A stretch of DNA of 64,000 bases from Candidatus Sumerlaeia bacterium (GCA_033764015.1 JANRJK010000017.1:75202-139201), one strand, 5' to 3'. Counted from the first letter of the stretch, positions 10,182 to 20,105 are shown. Translations and numbers: made by a program. Notes: generated by a model not told the origin, from the letters alone.

Positions 10182-10781
10182 TCAGTCCTGCTCGAGGGCG
10201 ACGTTCCAGTACGCGGCGTCGACGAACTTCGCCCAGACGGGGCGTCCGGGTCCGCGCAGCGAGGCGCGGAGCGTCGAGAACCACTGCGGGCGGCGCGGCT
10301 CCTTCATCAGCTTCATGCCGCTCTCGCGCACCAGCTTGCTGCCCTTCTTCGCGTTGCAGCCCTGGCAGGCGAGGACCACGTTCTCCCACGTCGAGCGCCC
10401 GCCCAGGCAGCGGGGCAGCACGTGGTCGATCGTCAGCTCCTCCCGCGCCGGGCGGCATCCGCAGTACTGGCAGGTGTTGTTGTCGCGGATGTAGATGTTG
10501 CGCCGGTTGAACTTCACGGAGCGCGGCGGGGTGCGGTGGTAGCCGACGAGCAGGATCACGTCGGGCACGAGGATCCGCAGGTTCGGGGTGTGGATGAACC
10601 GGTTGCCGTGGATGTCGACATGCTGGCTGAACTGCGTCCAGGAGTCGAAGTTGTAGGTGACGTAGTTGTCGTCGACGACCTTCGCGAGGCCCTCGACCAC
10701 GAGTCCGACGGCGCGCTTCACGTTGGTGACGTGAATCGCTGTCCATCCGTTGTTGAGGACCAGAACCCCCTGATTCAGCAT
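10182..10781 (-). CDS. HNH endonuclease (McrA-like)
   Basis: VLVLN, NRRNIYIRDNNTCQYCG, LTIDHVLPR..GG.STWENVVLAC..CN..KG. Confidence 0.88.
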   Translation of the reverse strand: MLNQGVLVLNNGWTAIHVTNVKRAVGLVVEGLAKVVDDNYVTYNFDSWTQFSQHVDIHGNRFIHTPNLRILVPDVILLVGYHRTPPRSVKFNRRNIYIRDNNTCQYCGCRPAREELTIDHVLPRCLGGRSTWENVVLACQGCNAKKGSKLVRESGMKLMKEPRRPQWFSTLRASLRGPGRPVWAKFVDAAYWNVALEQD

Positions 10782-10974
10782 GGTCGGCGCACTCCGTGGC
10801 GGCGGCGACGGATCGCGGCGCAAGAACGTCCTGCCGGCGGGCAGGACTCGATGCGACCAAGACCCTATCCACGCTCCAGAGAGGGGGGCGGGCTGCAATC
10901 CTGTCGAGGCAAATCGCGCGTAGGAAAGCTGTGGATTGTGTGGAAAGACCCGTCGGGGCGCCAGATGCGGCGTC

Positions 10975-11712
10975 TCAGCCCCGCAGCGCCTTGCGCAACC
11001 GGCCCGCCGCCTGCCCCAGCAGCACCAGCGACAGCACCAGGCAGATGACCCGGCCCACCACCAGGTCCTTCGCGGGCGCGGTCGGCATCCCGAGGAAGTT
11101 CAGCGGTTCCTGCCAGCGCTCGAACAGGTAGAACAGCGGGGCGAGCAGGCACGCACCGAGCAAGCCGCCCGCCCACGCCTGCACGAGGAACGTCCCGAGC
11201 CACGCCATCACGCCGACGACAAATAGGGAGTTGAGCAGCAGGCACAGCACCGCCCCCGCCGCGGGGAAGGCGCCGTCCAGGAACACCGAAACGGCCGCCA
11301 CGCCGGGCAGGATCGCCAGCCCGAGCGCCACCATCAGCGTAGTCGCCTTGGTCGCGACCAGCCGTTGCTGCGATCCGGTCGCGAGCCATAGGAGCTCGAA
11401 GGTGCCTTGGCGCTGCTCCGACGCATAGATCGGCGCGGTGAGCAGGATCGCCAAGGCGGCGTAGAATCGCGCGAGCGCGACATACCCCTCCTGCGCGGTG
11501 ACCGGGGGGAAGTAGGCGAGGTAGCCGATGGCGAGCGCGAGCGGCCCCAGCATGAGCGCGCCATGCCAGCCGAGCACTGCGCCGAGCTGGAGCCGCAGCA
11601 GCCGCAGGCCGTCGCGGCGGAACTGGGGCCGGAGCCACAGCTTCGCGAGCCGCAGCCGCGTGCGGACCGCGCTGGCGATGGCGCCGTCGAGGGCGGCGTC
11701 GCGGGCGCTCAA
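10975..11712 (-). CDS. ABC-2 type permease-like membrane protein
   Basis: About six hydrophobic helices, ASEQRQGTFELL motif; TTG start overlaps stop of ABC ATPase. Confidence 0.65.
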   Translation of the reverse strand: MSARDAALDGAIASAVRTRLRLAKLWLRPQFRRDGLRLLRLQLGAVLGWHGALMLGPLALAIGYLAYFPPVTAQEGYVALARFYAALAILLTAPIYASEQRQGTFELLWLATGSQQRLVATKATTLMVALGLAILPGVAAVSVFLDGAFPAAGAVLCLLLNSLFVVGVMAWLGTFLVQAWAGGLLGACLLAPLFYLFERWQEPLNFLGMPTAPAKDLVVGRVICLVLSLVLLGQAAGRLRKALRG

Positions 11713-12611
11713 CCGGCCGCCTCCGCCCAAGTTTCGCCCGCCTCGCCGATGGCCCCCATGTAGGCGTCCTCCAGCGTGGCCTCCACCGGGCGGGCCGAGG
11801 CTCCGGGGGGGCTGGCGGCCAGGACCCGCGCCACCGCGCCGCCGGGGGCCGCTTCGATGCCGAGCAGCTGGCCCGGTCCGGGCCACGCGGCGAGCGCCTC
11901 GCGCCCCACGGGGAGCGCCCAGACCTTGCCGCGCACGCGCGCGGTTAGCTCCGCCGGCGTGCCGGTGAACAGCACGCGCCCCTTCGCGATCACGCCGAGC
12001 CTAGCGCAGGTGCGCTCCACGTCGCCCACGATATGAGTCGACAGGATCGTAACTCGGCCGGGCGCCAGCTCCGCCAGCAGGTCGCGGAAGAACACCCGCT
12101 CCTCCGGATCGAGGCCGGCGGTCGGCTCGTCCATCAGCAGCAGCTGGGGATCGTGCAGCAGCGCCAGCGCGACGCCGAGGCGCTGCTTCATGCCGCGGCT
12201 GTAGGAGGCGGCGTCGCGGCGGGCGGCGTCGACGAGGTTCACCCGCTCGAGGAGCGCCTCGATGCGCGGACGCATGGCGCGCGGCGAAAGGCCGAGGAGG
12301 AGGCACGCCTCCTCGAGCACCTCGACGCCGGTCTGGTGCGGAAGGAAGTCGAAAGCCTGCGGCATGTAGCCGAGCCGCCGCCGCCACTCGCGAGGCTGCC
12401 GCGCGACGTCGACGCCGTCGGCGAAGGCGATGGTGCCCGCCTCGAACCCGAGCCCGCCGGAGAGGATCTCCATCAGCGACGTCTTCCCCGCGCCATTGGG
12501 GCCCAGGAGACCGAACACACCTTCGCCCAGCTCCAGGTGGACGCCATCGAGCGCGCGGCGCAGGTTGCCGTAGATCTTCACTACATCGTGGATGCGGAGC
12601 GTGGCGGACAG
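11709..12611 (-). CDS. ABC transporter ATP-binding protein (start approximate)
   Basis: GPNGAGKT, YSRGMKQR, LLMDEPTAGLDP, LSTH. Confidence 0.88.
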   Translation of the reverse strand: MSATLRIHDVVKIYGNLRRALDGVHLELGEGVFGLLGPNGAGKTSLMEILSGGLGFEAGTIAFADGVDVARQPREWRRRLGYMPQAFDFLPHQTGVEVLEEACLLLGLSPRAMRPRIEALLERVNLVDAARRDAASYSRGMKQRLGVALALLHDPQLLLMDEPTAGLDPEERVFFRDLLAELAPGRVTILSTHIVGDVERTCARLGVIAKGRVLFTGTPAELTARVRGKVWALPVGREALAAWPGPGQLLGIEAAPGGAVARVLAASPPGASARPVEATLEDAYMGAIGEAGETWAEAAG

Positions 12612-12741
12612 GTCGGTGCTTCCCGGGGCGGGTATGCGAAGGGATACGCGCGGGGGGCTCCGCGCTTCAACCGCCGCGGCGCGCTTGACGCGCCCCGGTC
12701 CGGGGGGAACGCTCGCAGCCGAGGAATCCGCGTCCCGCCCG

Positions 12742-13593
12742 ATGCAGCAAGAACAGCTCGCCGAACAGCTCGCCGCAAGGCTTGAGCGCCCGATCCTCGC
12801 GATCCTCGCGGACCTCGACGGGGTGCTGACCTCCGGGACGCAGTGGCGCGTGCCGGCGGCGCTGTTCGCGCGGCTGCAGGCGTACGCCGACGCGCAGCCC
12901 GCCGATCCGGCGATCCCGCGGCTCGCCTTCAACACGGGACGCCCGCAGCCCTACGTCGAGTGCATGGCCCGCCACGCCCACGTGTCCCTCCCGAGCCTCT
13001 GCGAGCACGGGCTCGTGCTGTGGGGCCCCCCGGGGCACGAGCTGCTCGTGCACCCGAAGCTGCCCGCGTCCGATCTGGAGCGCATGGCGCGGGTGCGCCG
13101 CATCGCGGCGGAGCGCGCGGCGCTTCCGGGCTGCCGCTACCATCTCGAAGCGGGGAAGATCGCCGAGGTGACGCTGATCCCGCGGCGCCCCGTGCGCACC
13201 GAGGAGCTGGTGCCGGAGGCGGAGGAGATCGCCGCGCTCGCCGGCGGGGGCGTGCGGATCGACGCCACCTTCAGCGTGCTGACCTTCATGCCGCCGCTGC
13301 TGGACAAGGGCGCGGGCATGGGCTGGTGGTGCGAAACGACCGGCATCCCCGCGGGCCAGGTGGCCGCCGTGGGCGACTCCTGGGTGGACTGGAGCTTCCT
13401 CCGCGAGGCCGCCGTCTCCTTCGCGCCCTCGAACGCGGTCGAGGAGATCCGCGCCCGCGTCCATATCGCCAGCGATTGCCGCTTCGGCGACGTGGTGCTC
13501 GAAATGTTCGAAGTGATCACCGCCGCGAACCGGCGGATCCTCGCGCGCTCCGGCGCCGAGGCACCCTGCGCCGGAGCGCCCCATGACGCCTGA
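12742..13593 (+). CDS. HAD-superfamily hydrolase (Cof/IIB-like)
   Basis: DLDGVLT, NTGR, DKG, VGDSWVD. Confidence 0.8.
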   Translation: MQQEQLAEQLAARLERPILAILADLDGVLTSGTQWRVPAALFARLQAYADAQPADPAIPRLAFNTGRPQPYVECMARHAHVSLPSLCEHGLVLWGPPGHELLVHPKLPASDLERMARVRRIAAERAALPGCRYHLEAGKIAEVTLIPRRPVRTEELVPEAEEIAALAGGGVRIDATFSVLTFMPPLLDKGAGMGWWCETTGIPAGQVAAVGDSWVDWSFLREAAVSFAPSNAVEEIRARVHIASDCRFGDVVLEMFEVITAANRRILARSGAEAPCAGAPHDA

Positions 13594-14725
13594 AACGCCG
13601 CTCGCCTTCGATTCCCTCGCCATCCACGCGGGCCTGCCGATCCCCGCGGACGGCTCGCCGGTGGCTCCGCCGATAGTCCTCTCGAGCACCTTCGAGCACC
13701 CCGCCCCGGAGGACCTGGACCAGCGGCGCTACCTCTACGGGCGCTACGACAACCCGAACCGCAAGTCGCTCGAGGAGGCGCTCGCCGCGCTTGAGGGCGG
13801 CGCGGTGGCGTACGCCTTCAGCTCCGGCAACATGGCGACGCACGCGATGCTCCACGCGCTGCCGCCGGGCTCGCGGATCCTCTACCACCGCGACATCTAC
13901 AGCGGCACGCGCCGCGCCATGCGCGAACTTTGGCAGGGGCGCCTCGAGTTCGCCGAGGCGGACCTGCGCGACCACGCGGAGGCGGAGCGCGCCCTCGCCG
14001 AGAGGCCCACCGCGCTGCTGTGGATCGAGACGCCGAGCAACCCGCTGCTCCATGTGCTCGATATCGCCGCGCTCGCCGCGCTCGCGAGGCGCCACGGCGC
14101 GCACTCGCTCGTGGACAACACCTGGGCGACGCCGGTGCTGCAGTGCCCGCTCGCGCTCGGCGCGGACGTGGTGCTCCACAGCACTTCGAAGTACATCGGC
14201 GGGCATACGGACCTGATCGGCGGCGCGCTCGTGCTCCGCGGGGCGGGCCCGCTGGCGGAGTCGCTCCGCTCGATCCAGTTCCTCGGCGGGGGAGTGCCCT
14301 CGCCGTTCGACTGCTGGCTGGCGCGGCGCGGGCTGATGACGCTGCCGGTCCGCGTCCGCGCGCATGTCGAGAACGGGCGCCGCGTTGCGGAGTACCTCCG
14401 CGCGCACCCGAAGGTCTCGCAGGTCTACTTCCCCGGCTTCGCGGGACCGGCCGACGCCGCGCTCGTCGCGCGCCAGATGAAGGCGCCCGGCGCGGTGCTC
14501 TCCTTCCGCCACGCGGACGGCGACGAGGCCGCGTCGCGCCTCCCCGGCAAGCTCCGCCTTGTGCGCAACGCCACCTCGCTCGGCGGCGTCGAGTCGCTCC
14601 TCGAATGGCGTTACCCGTCGGAGGGGCCGAATTCGCCCACACCGAAGGACCTGCTGCGGCTGTCCGTCGGGCTCGAGGATCCGGCGGACATTGAGCGCGA
14701 CCTGGACCGCGCGCTGCGGGGGTAG
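13583..14725 (+). CDS. Cystathionine gamma-synthase/lyase family PLP enzyme
   Basis: YGRYDNPNR, ETPSNPLL, DNTWATP, HSTSKYIGGHTD, SLGGVESL. Confidence 0.88.
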   Translation: MTPETPLAFDSLAIHAGLPIPADGSPVAPPIVLSSTFEHPAPEDLDQRRYLYGRYDNPNRKSLEEALAALEGGAVAYAFSSGNMATHAMLHALPPGSRILYHRDIYSGTRRAMRELWQGRLEFAEADLRDHAEAERALAERPTALLWIETPSNPLLHVLDIAALAALARRHGAHSLVDNTWATPVLQCPLALGADVVLHSTSKYIGGHTDLIGGALVLRGAGPLAESLRSIQFLGGGVPSPFDCWLARRGLMTLPVRVRAHVENGRRVAEYLRAHPKVSQVYFPGFAGPADAALVARQMKAPGAVLSFRHADGDEAASRLPGKLRLVRNATSLGGVESLLEWRYPSEGPNSPTPKDLLRLSVGLEDPADIERDLDRALRG

Positions 14726-14813
14726 GGGCGCCAAGACGGTCGAATCAAGGCGTTTCGGATTGACGTGCGATGATGGTCGAGATTCGGACTTTGTCCATCA
14801 AGGGAGCCAACCA

Positions 14814-15491
14814 ATGCAAAGCAATGTCCGCCCCGGAAACTTTCTCACTCGAGCCGCCGAGCTGTCCGTCCCCGTCGGCATCATCGCCCTCCTCGCGCTA
14901 CTTGCTGGCGCCCGCTACGATGAAGCGACCACCCGCGCCAAGTACGCCCAAGTGATCAACGAACTTCGAACGCAGCACCGCGCGGTGGTTGCGTATGCGG
15001 CGGACCATTCGGAGTACCCGGTGATGACTTGGGCCGGTTACTTTGGCAATGCCGACAGGCTCACGCCGGACGGCGTGCCCGCGGTGGGAACCCTACCGAA
15101 AGGCATCACTACTCCCATCGCCTATCTCAATGGGATCCCCGAAGATCCTTTCCTAAGCGGGTTCCAGAACACCGCCAGAGCGCTCTACAGCTACCGCAAC
15201 ATCGACACGCATGTTTTTCTATTCAACGTCGGTGCCATCGTGCCGATTCCCGGCCAGCCGGGCTTTCTCTACCGACCATTGAATCCGAGTCAGCAGAGGG
15301 CGTCGAAGAGGCAGATCGGCACATATGCGATACTTTCAGTCGGCCCCAACTTCGACGAGCAGTATCTGCCGCAGGCTTTCTCCACCAACATCGGAACGAA
15401 TGCCCTCTACGACCCGACGAACGGCACGGCCAGCAGCGGGCCGATCATGATCGGTGAGCGCAGCCGCGGCACCGTGTCGGGAGCATTCTGA
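14814..15491 (+). CDS. Pilin/pseudopilin-like protein with degenerate prepilin N-terminus
   Basis: Hydrophobic helix ELSVPVGIIALLALLA then RAK...ELR....AY..DH.EYP; ITTPIAYL, DPF, SVGP, YDPTNGT.SSG. Confidence 0.6.
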   Translation: MQSNVRPGNFLTRAAELSVPVGIIALLALLAGARYDEATTRAKYAQVINELRTQHRAVVAYAADHSEYPVMTWAGYFGNADRLTPDGVPAVGTLPKGITTPIAYLNGIPEDPFLSGFQNTARALYSYRNIDTHVFLFNVGAIVPIPGQPGFLYRPLNPSQQRASKRQIGTYAILSVGPNFDEQYLPQAFSTNIGTNALYDPTNGTASSGPIMIGERSRGTVSGAF

Positions 15492-17431
15492 TGGGAACTT
15501 CAACTGGAAGGGGCCACACAGGATCGGCACTCAACATCGGTATCGCCGCAGCCATGCTGATCGGCGCAGCGCCGGTGTCCGCCACTCAAGTCCTTGTTTT
15601 CGACCCAGCCAACGCATCGGTGGCCTGGAAGTCCTCGGACGGCAATCGCGCGGGATTACTCTCCGCCGAGCTCCGCGAAGCGCCCACCGACGTCTGTCTC
15701 CTTCCCAACGGACGCCGGTTTGTCGTCGATCGGCGGGACGACGGCCTGGTGCATCTGCAAGAGCGGGACGGGGTGCAGATAGCCACTCTCACGCTCGATC
15801 CCGGGTTTCGATTGCTGAACTGGGGGCCGGCGCTGGAGGCGAATTCCTGCGCGGTGCTGCTGGCGTCGCGGTTCACCGCCGCTCCGGTGCGTTATGGAAT
15901 CGTCCGCTTGGACGACGCCACCTCAAGCCTGGTGTTTGACCAGTTCGCCGCCGATCCGAGCTATGTGGGACTAGTGCCAGCCCTCACCAGCCCCATCAGC
16001 ACGGACATCCTCCAGTTCGAAACGGATGCGCTTGCTTGCCAGATCACCGGTCGCCCGGCCGCTTGGGTGTTCATCGTCCGGCGCGACGGCACCTTCATCA
16101 ATGTGGGCTTTCCCTACAGCCCGATGACGGAAGCTCCCGCGCTTACTCAGGCTCCCGGCGGACGCTTCCTCCTGACTCCCCGGCTGTCGACCGGGCTCAA
16201 GCACCTCTCCCTGATCGATGGCGCCGGCGCGGAAGTCCTCGGCGTCCCGACGAGCGCCCTTCCGAACTTCCCACTCCGCCCGCTCGCCTCCGCTTGGGTT
16301 GGCGATGACCTCTACCTCCTCGACCGCGCGGCGCTCTACCGCCTTCCCGGGTTCCCGGACGGGCTCACCCTCGAATCGATAGTCACCTTCACCCAAGGCG
16401 GCGAAGACGCGCTGCGCACCGATCTGTCTTCGGCCACGCAAGTCATCGGTGCCGACGACGGCACGCTCCGCCTGTACGATCCGGTCCACCAAGGGATCGT
16501 CTCCGTCGATCCGGCAACGGGGAGCGTGTCGCAGGCGCTTGCGCTCCTCGACATGGGCGGGGGCGAACGCATCGGCATCCTGGACGACATGCTGCGGGAT
16601 TCCCAAGGCGACCTCTTCCTCCTCACTGGCACGGAGGAGTTCCCTCGCATCCTCGAAGTGATTCCCTCGACCGGCTACCGAAAGCTGACGGCGAGGCTTC
16701 CAAGCGTCTCTTGGGAGCCCTACTTCTTCCGCGCCCCGTCCGGCTTCGTCATGTTCCAGCCGGCGCCGAGCGATACCGACAGCAGCGATGCATCTCGCTT
16801 CCTTGTTTCGCACCTGGTCATTCCACAACCCGGGGGCGACGCATTGGTCGCTCAGGCCGAACGCATCGCGACCGACGGCGTCGTGCTCGATTGGGCGGCG
16901 GACCCGGTCGCGGGCGGCCATTTCCTCTTCGCAGGGCGCGGGGTGCGGCAAGTGTGGCAGGTTTCCGGGGCCGGAGCCTTCACACAGCTTTGGGCAGCCG
17001 ATCCCGGAGTGTCCGGGGCGGGCCAGCGGGTCTCGCGGATCACCAGCACGCCCGCCGGCAAGATTCTACTGCTGGACCTTGCGGAGCCCCCCGCCATCCG
17101 CGAACTCCTGACGGACCCGACGCCGGCGCTTGGCGCGCCGGTGCCGCTCCAGCTCGGCAGCCCGGAGGAGGACCGCGCCACGTTCCGCCGCGTGTCGGGC
17201 ATGGTGGCCGTTTCGGAGGATGAGGTTTACTTCACCTTCGTCGGCGACGACCAGGTGTACGCCGCGCCGCTATCGACCGGCGTGCTGTCGTCGATCGGCT
17301 CCGGCGTTCCTCCGGAGGTCGCGGCGTTCGAGGAATTGGGCCCGGCCTCGGGGCCTGCGCTCCGGTTAGTCCGAGCGGAGGGCTTGCAGCTTCCTTCCGG
17401 CAGTGCGGGTAGCTGGACGCTGTACGAGTAG
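15491..17431 (+). CDS. Secreted beta-propeller-like hypothetical protein with C-terminal WTLYE tail
   Basis: Signal-like N-terminus, beta-rich repeats, ends GSAGSWTLYE; start overlaps upstream stop (TGATG). Confidence 0.65.
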   Translation: MGTSTGRGHTGSALNIGIAAAMLIGAAPVSATQVLVFDPANASVAWKSSDGNRAGLLSAELREAPTDVCLLPNGRRFVVDRRDDGLVHLQERDGVQIATLTLDPGFRLLNWGPALEANSCAVLLASRFTAAPVRYGIVRLDDATSSLVFDQFAADPSYVGLVPALTSPISTDILQFETDALACQITGRPAAWVFIVRRDGTFINVGFPYSPMTEAPALTQAPGGRFLLTPRLSTGLKHLSLIDGAGAEVLGVPTSALPNFPLRPLASAWVGDDLYLLDRAALYRLPGFPDGLTLESIVTFTQGGEDALRTDLSSATQVIGADDGTLRLYDPVHQGIVSVDPATGSVSQALALLDMGGGERIGILDDMLRDSQGDLFLLTGTEEFPRILEVIPSTGYRKLTARLPSVSWEPYFFRAPSGFVMFQPAPSDTDSSDASRFLVSHLVIPQPGGDALVAQAERIATDGVVLDWAADPVAGGHFLFAGRGVRQVWQVSGAGAFTQLWAADPGVSGAGQRVSRITSTPAGKILLLDLAEPPAIRELLTDPTPALGAPVPLQLGSPEEDRATFRRVSGMVAVSEDEVYFTFVGDDQVYAAPLSTGVLSSIGSGVPPEVAAFEELGPASGPALRLVRAEGLQLPSGSAGSWTLYE

Positions 17432-17477
17432 CCCGGCCCGCCTGGGTAACCCCGTGGGGCGGCGCCCCGCCCTCCCG

Positions 17478-18218
17478 CTAGCCCGTGGCCGCCAGCACCC
17501 CGGCGCCCGGCTGCGGCGCGTACATCGCGCCAGCCAGGAAGTCCTCCGTCCAATCGGCGCCGAAGCAGCGCGACAGGAACGGCCGCCCGGGCGTGTGGCG
17601 GCAATGGTGGGCCTTGTAGTCGGCGAGTTCCGCGGCGTCCTCCACCGGCGCGGGGGCGCCGGTCCGCGCGACGAGGCCGGCGAATTCGCCCAGATAGTCG
17701 TCGAAGGCGTGTTCGAGCACGCGGCGCTCGAGCGCCGTCTCGCGGAGCTGGAACACGGCGGAGCGGGTGAAGTGCGGCCGGCACCATTCGGGGTACTCGC
17801 CGTCGTGCAAGAGGCGCGCGTGCCGCGATGCGAGGCGCGCGAGCGCGGCACGCGCGGCCGGACAGCGGGCGCCGAGCTGGAAGTCCACGACCGCGGCCCG
17901 CACCACGCTGCCCATGAACACGTACTCGCTGGCGAAGACGGGATGCGCCTCCGGGTCGTCGGGAAAGGCGAGCAGCGAGAAGATCTCGATCCGCGCGCTA
18001 TCGATGCCGGTGAAGCGGAGGACGCCGAAGCCGGGGAACGACACCTCGGCGAAATTCAACGCCACGGTGGTGCTGGCGGAAGCGCTGCCGAGCGTCGAAA
18101 AGCTGCGCGGCGAGAGTTCGCCGCGGAGTCCCGCCCCTTCGAGGGCGTCCCATGCGCGGAGCAGGTAGCGCAGCGATGCGCGCGGCCGCAGCGCCGGCGC
18201 CGGTGCGGGCGGCGTCAC
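17478..18218 (-). CDS. Ferredoxin-dependent bilin reductase-like protein (PcyA/PebA/RCCR fold, divergent)
   Basis: IFSLLAFP...PVFASEY...AAVVDFQ...YPEW...HF...AFDDYL...Y......PG..FL...FG.DW.E.FL...MY pattern recalls FDBR family; last gene of bilin-globin operon. Confidence 0.65.
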   Translation of the reverse strand: MTPPAPAPALRPRASLRYLLRAWDALEGAGLRGELSPRSFSTLGSASASTTVALNFAEVSFPGFGVLRFTGIDSARIEIFSLLAFPDDPEAHPVFASEYVFMGSVVRAAVVDFQLGARCPAARAALARLASRHARLLHDGEYPEWCRPHFTRSAVFQLRETALERRVLEHAFDDYLGEFAGLVARTGAPAPVEDAAELADYKAHHCRHTPGRPFLSRCFGADWTEDFLAGAMYAPQPGAGVLAATG

Positions 18219-18925
18219 GCGGGAAGCAGCTCCGTTGCGAGGAGGCGGAGGTTCGAGCGGACCGCGGGCGCGAGCGCGGCGGGGTCGAACTCGTCGTTTA
18301 GTTCGATGGCGCGCTTCAGTCCATCGTCATGCGGGAGGAAGGCGCCTGAGAGCACGGGCCGCAGGTAGGTTTGGAGGAACTTGTCCACCGCGGAGGCCAA
18401 CGGCGTTCCGAGGCCGGCGCCGGTGGGGACCACGCGCGCTTGGAACTCGCGCCCCGGACGCGCGCGCTGGTCCTTCAGCTCATCAAGGAACCCGAGCAGC
18501 GTGCGCAGCATCACCGCGTTGGCGGGGACCGGTACGACGACTTGCGTCGCGGCGCGGAGGAGCCCCGGCATGTCGCCGACCGGGACTTGCGGCAGGTCCA
18601 CGATGGTTACGCCGGGCTCCTCGCCGGTGGGCAGCAGGAAGTCGCCCGAGGAGTCCTCGCCGATGCCCACAACGGCGGGGAAGTGGGTGGCGTAGACCGG
18701 CAGCGTGGCGTGCGAGCCCGCCTGACGGGCGCCGGTGCGGGCGACGATGCCGCGGTGACGGAAGAGGGCGAAGCCGGAAGGTCCGCCCGCCGGCGCCGCG
18801 TCGACCACAAGGACGGAGCGCCCGGCGGCGGCGACCTCCATGGCCAGGAGCGCGGCGAGCGTGGACTTCATCGCGCCGCCGACGTGCGAGCAGACGAGCC
18901 AGAGCTCGCGGCGGGGAGCGCTCAC
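18215..18925 (-). CDS. ParA/MinD-like protein with degenerate Walker A
   Basis: SHVGGAMKST, SVLVVDA, TIVDLP, VVVPV; GTG start overlaps upstream stop. Confidence 0.65.
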   Translation of the reverse strand: MSAPRRELWLVCSHVGGAMKSTLAALLAMEVAAAGRSVLVVDAAPAGGPSGFALFRHRGIVARTGARQAGSHATLPVYATHFPAVVGIGEDSSGDFLLPTGEEPGVTIVDLPQVPVGDMPGLLRAATQVVVPVPANAVMLRTLLGFLDELKDQRARPGREFQARVVPTGAGLGTPLASAVDKFLQTYLRPVLSGAFLPHDDGLKRAIELNDEFDPAALAPAVRSNLRLLATELLPA

Positions 18926-19713
18926 CGGCCACCTCCCGCGGGGATGGCCGCGACCCGGCGGCCGAGGCCGCCCGCGAGCTTCCAGAGCTTGCCGAGGAGA
19001 CCCTGCGTGGGGCCCGCAGCCTCCACGGCGGCGGGACGCTCGGGCGCGCGGAGGCCAAAGTCCGCGGCGAGCCAAGACACGGCGGGTTCCCACGCCTCCC
19101 TTGGCACCGGCGGGACCGGCACCGGGGGGAGGGCATAGGGGGCTTGCGCGCGGGTCGGCTCTTGCGGGTCCCAGCCCACCCAGGCGGTCAGGAACCCCTG
19201 CGGATACTTCTGCGCGAGGCTGCGCTGGAGGCCGAGCTGCTCCGGCTGGACCTTGCAGGAGAGCAGACCGAGCACGGCGAGGGCGGGGTGCTCGGCGCGG
19301 ATGCGGTCGAGGAAGCTCCAGACCGCGGGCAGTGCGTTGACCGAGTTCGCGTGGAGCTCCGTGAGGAGGACGAGGGAGTGAGCAAGCCGCAGCCAAGGGG
19401 CGAGCGCGGGGTCTCCGACGCTGCCGGTGTCGACCATTACGAGCTGCGCGCCGAGGGCCGCCTGCGGCGCGACCATCGCCTTGGCGGCGACCGGGGTGGT
19501 GGCGGCGCGCCCGTGCACAACGGGGACCCGCGACTCCTTCGCCACTAGGCAATGCGCCGCGGGATACGGGGCCACGTCCACGATGGCGGTGCGGATGCCG
19601 CGGCGTGAAAGCTCCTCGGCCACGCGGACGCAGAAGGTGGTCTTGCCGACGCCTCCCTTGGCGGAGGCGACCACGACGATGGGGGGCTGCTTGGCGGGAG
19701 TGGTGTCGCTCAT
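18922..19713 (-). CDS. ParA/MinD-family ATPase
   Basis: VASAKGGVGKTT, AIVD, VMVDT. Confidence 0.8.
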   Translation of the reverse strand: MSDTTPAKQPPIVVVASAKGGVGKTTFCVRVAEELSRRGIRTAIVDVAPYPAAHCLVAKESRVPVVHGRAATTPVAAKAMVAPQAALGAQLVMVDTGSVGDPALAPWLRLAHSLVLLTELHANSVNALPAVWSFLDRIRAEHPALAVLGLLSCKVQPEQLGLQRSLAQKYPQGFLTAWVGWDPQEPTRAQAPYALPPVPVPPVPREAWEPAVSWLAADFGLRAPERPAAVEAAGPTQGLLGKLWKLAGGLGRRVAAIPAGGGR

Positions 19714-20105
19714 CCGAACACGTCCCAGCCCTTGTCTTGTGGAGGCGCGGCTGGCGCCTTTGGGAGGGGCGTTTGCTGCTTGGGGATCGGCTTCGAGGAT
19801 GCCCGTTGCGGCAGCACGGGCGTCGCGGGGATTACGACCGCCCGACGCTCCAGTTCCGGCTCGAGCGCGGCGTAGCTTTCCTCGGCCTTGCGCGGGGCGA
19901 TGGCGGGCATGCGCGGTGACGCGGACGACGGGTCGCGCTCCTCCGCTTCGCCGAAGTCCATGCCGTCGAGTCCTTGGCGGATGCGGCCGGTGGCGGGATC
20001 GAGCGACTCCTGCGGGAGGCGCTTCCTTGTCACGGAGTCGATGAGTTCCCTGATCTTTGCGAACACGGGGTTTGTCCTATCCAATGGCGATGGGAACTGC
20101 GCCAT
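19710..20105 (-). CDS. Hypothetical protein, Pro-rich/disordered, ends GWDVFG
   Basis: Fills gap between kinase and ParA with overlapping start/stop; start MAQFPSPL. Confidence 0.5.
   Translation of the reverse strand: MAQFPSPLDRTNPVFAKIRELIDSVTRKRLPQESLDPATGRIRQGLDGMDFGEAEERDPSSASPRMPAIAPRKAEESYAALEPELERRAVVIPATPVLPQRASSKPIPKQQTPLPKAPAAPPQDKGWDVFG

Noticed and set aside
10182..10781. Defence system or mobile intron around the HNH gene
   Set aside because: Solitary gene; no methylase, cas genes, intron structure or repeats seen.
18215..19713. Plasmid or chromosome partition locus
   Set aside because: No parB, parS repeats or rep gene nearby.
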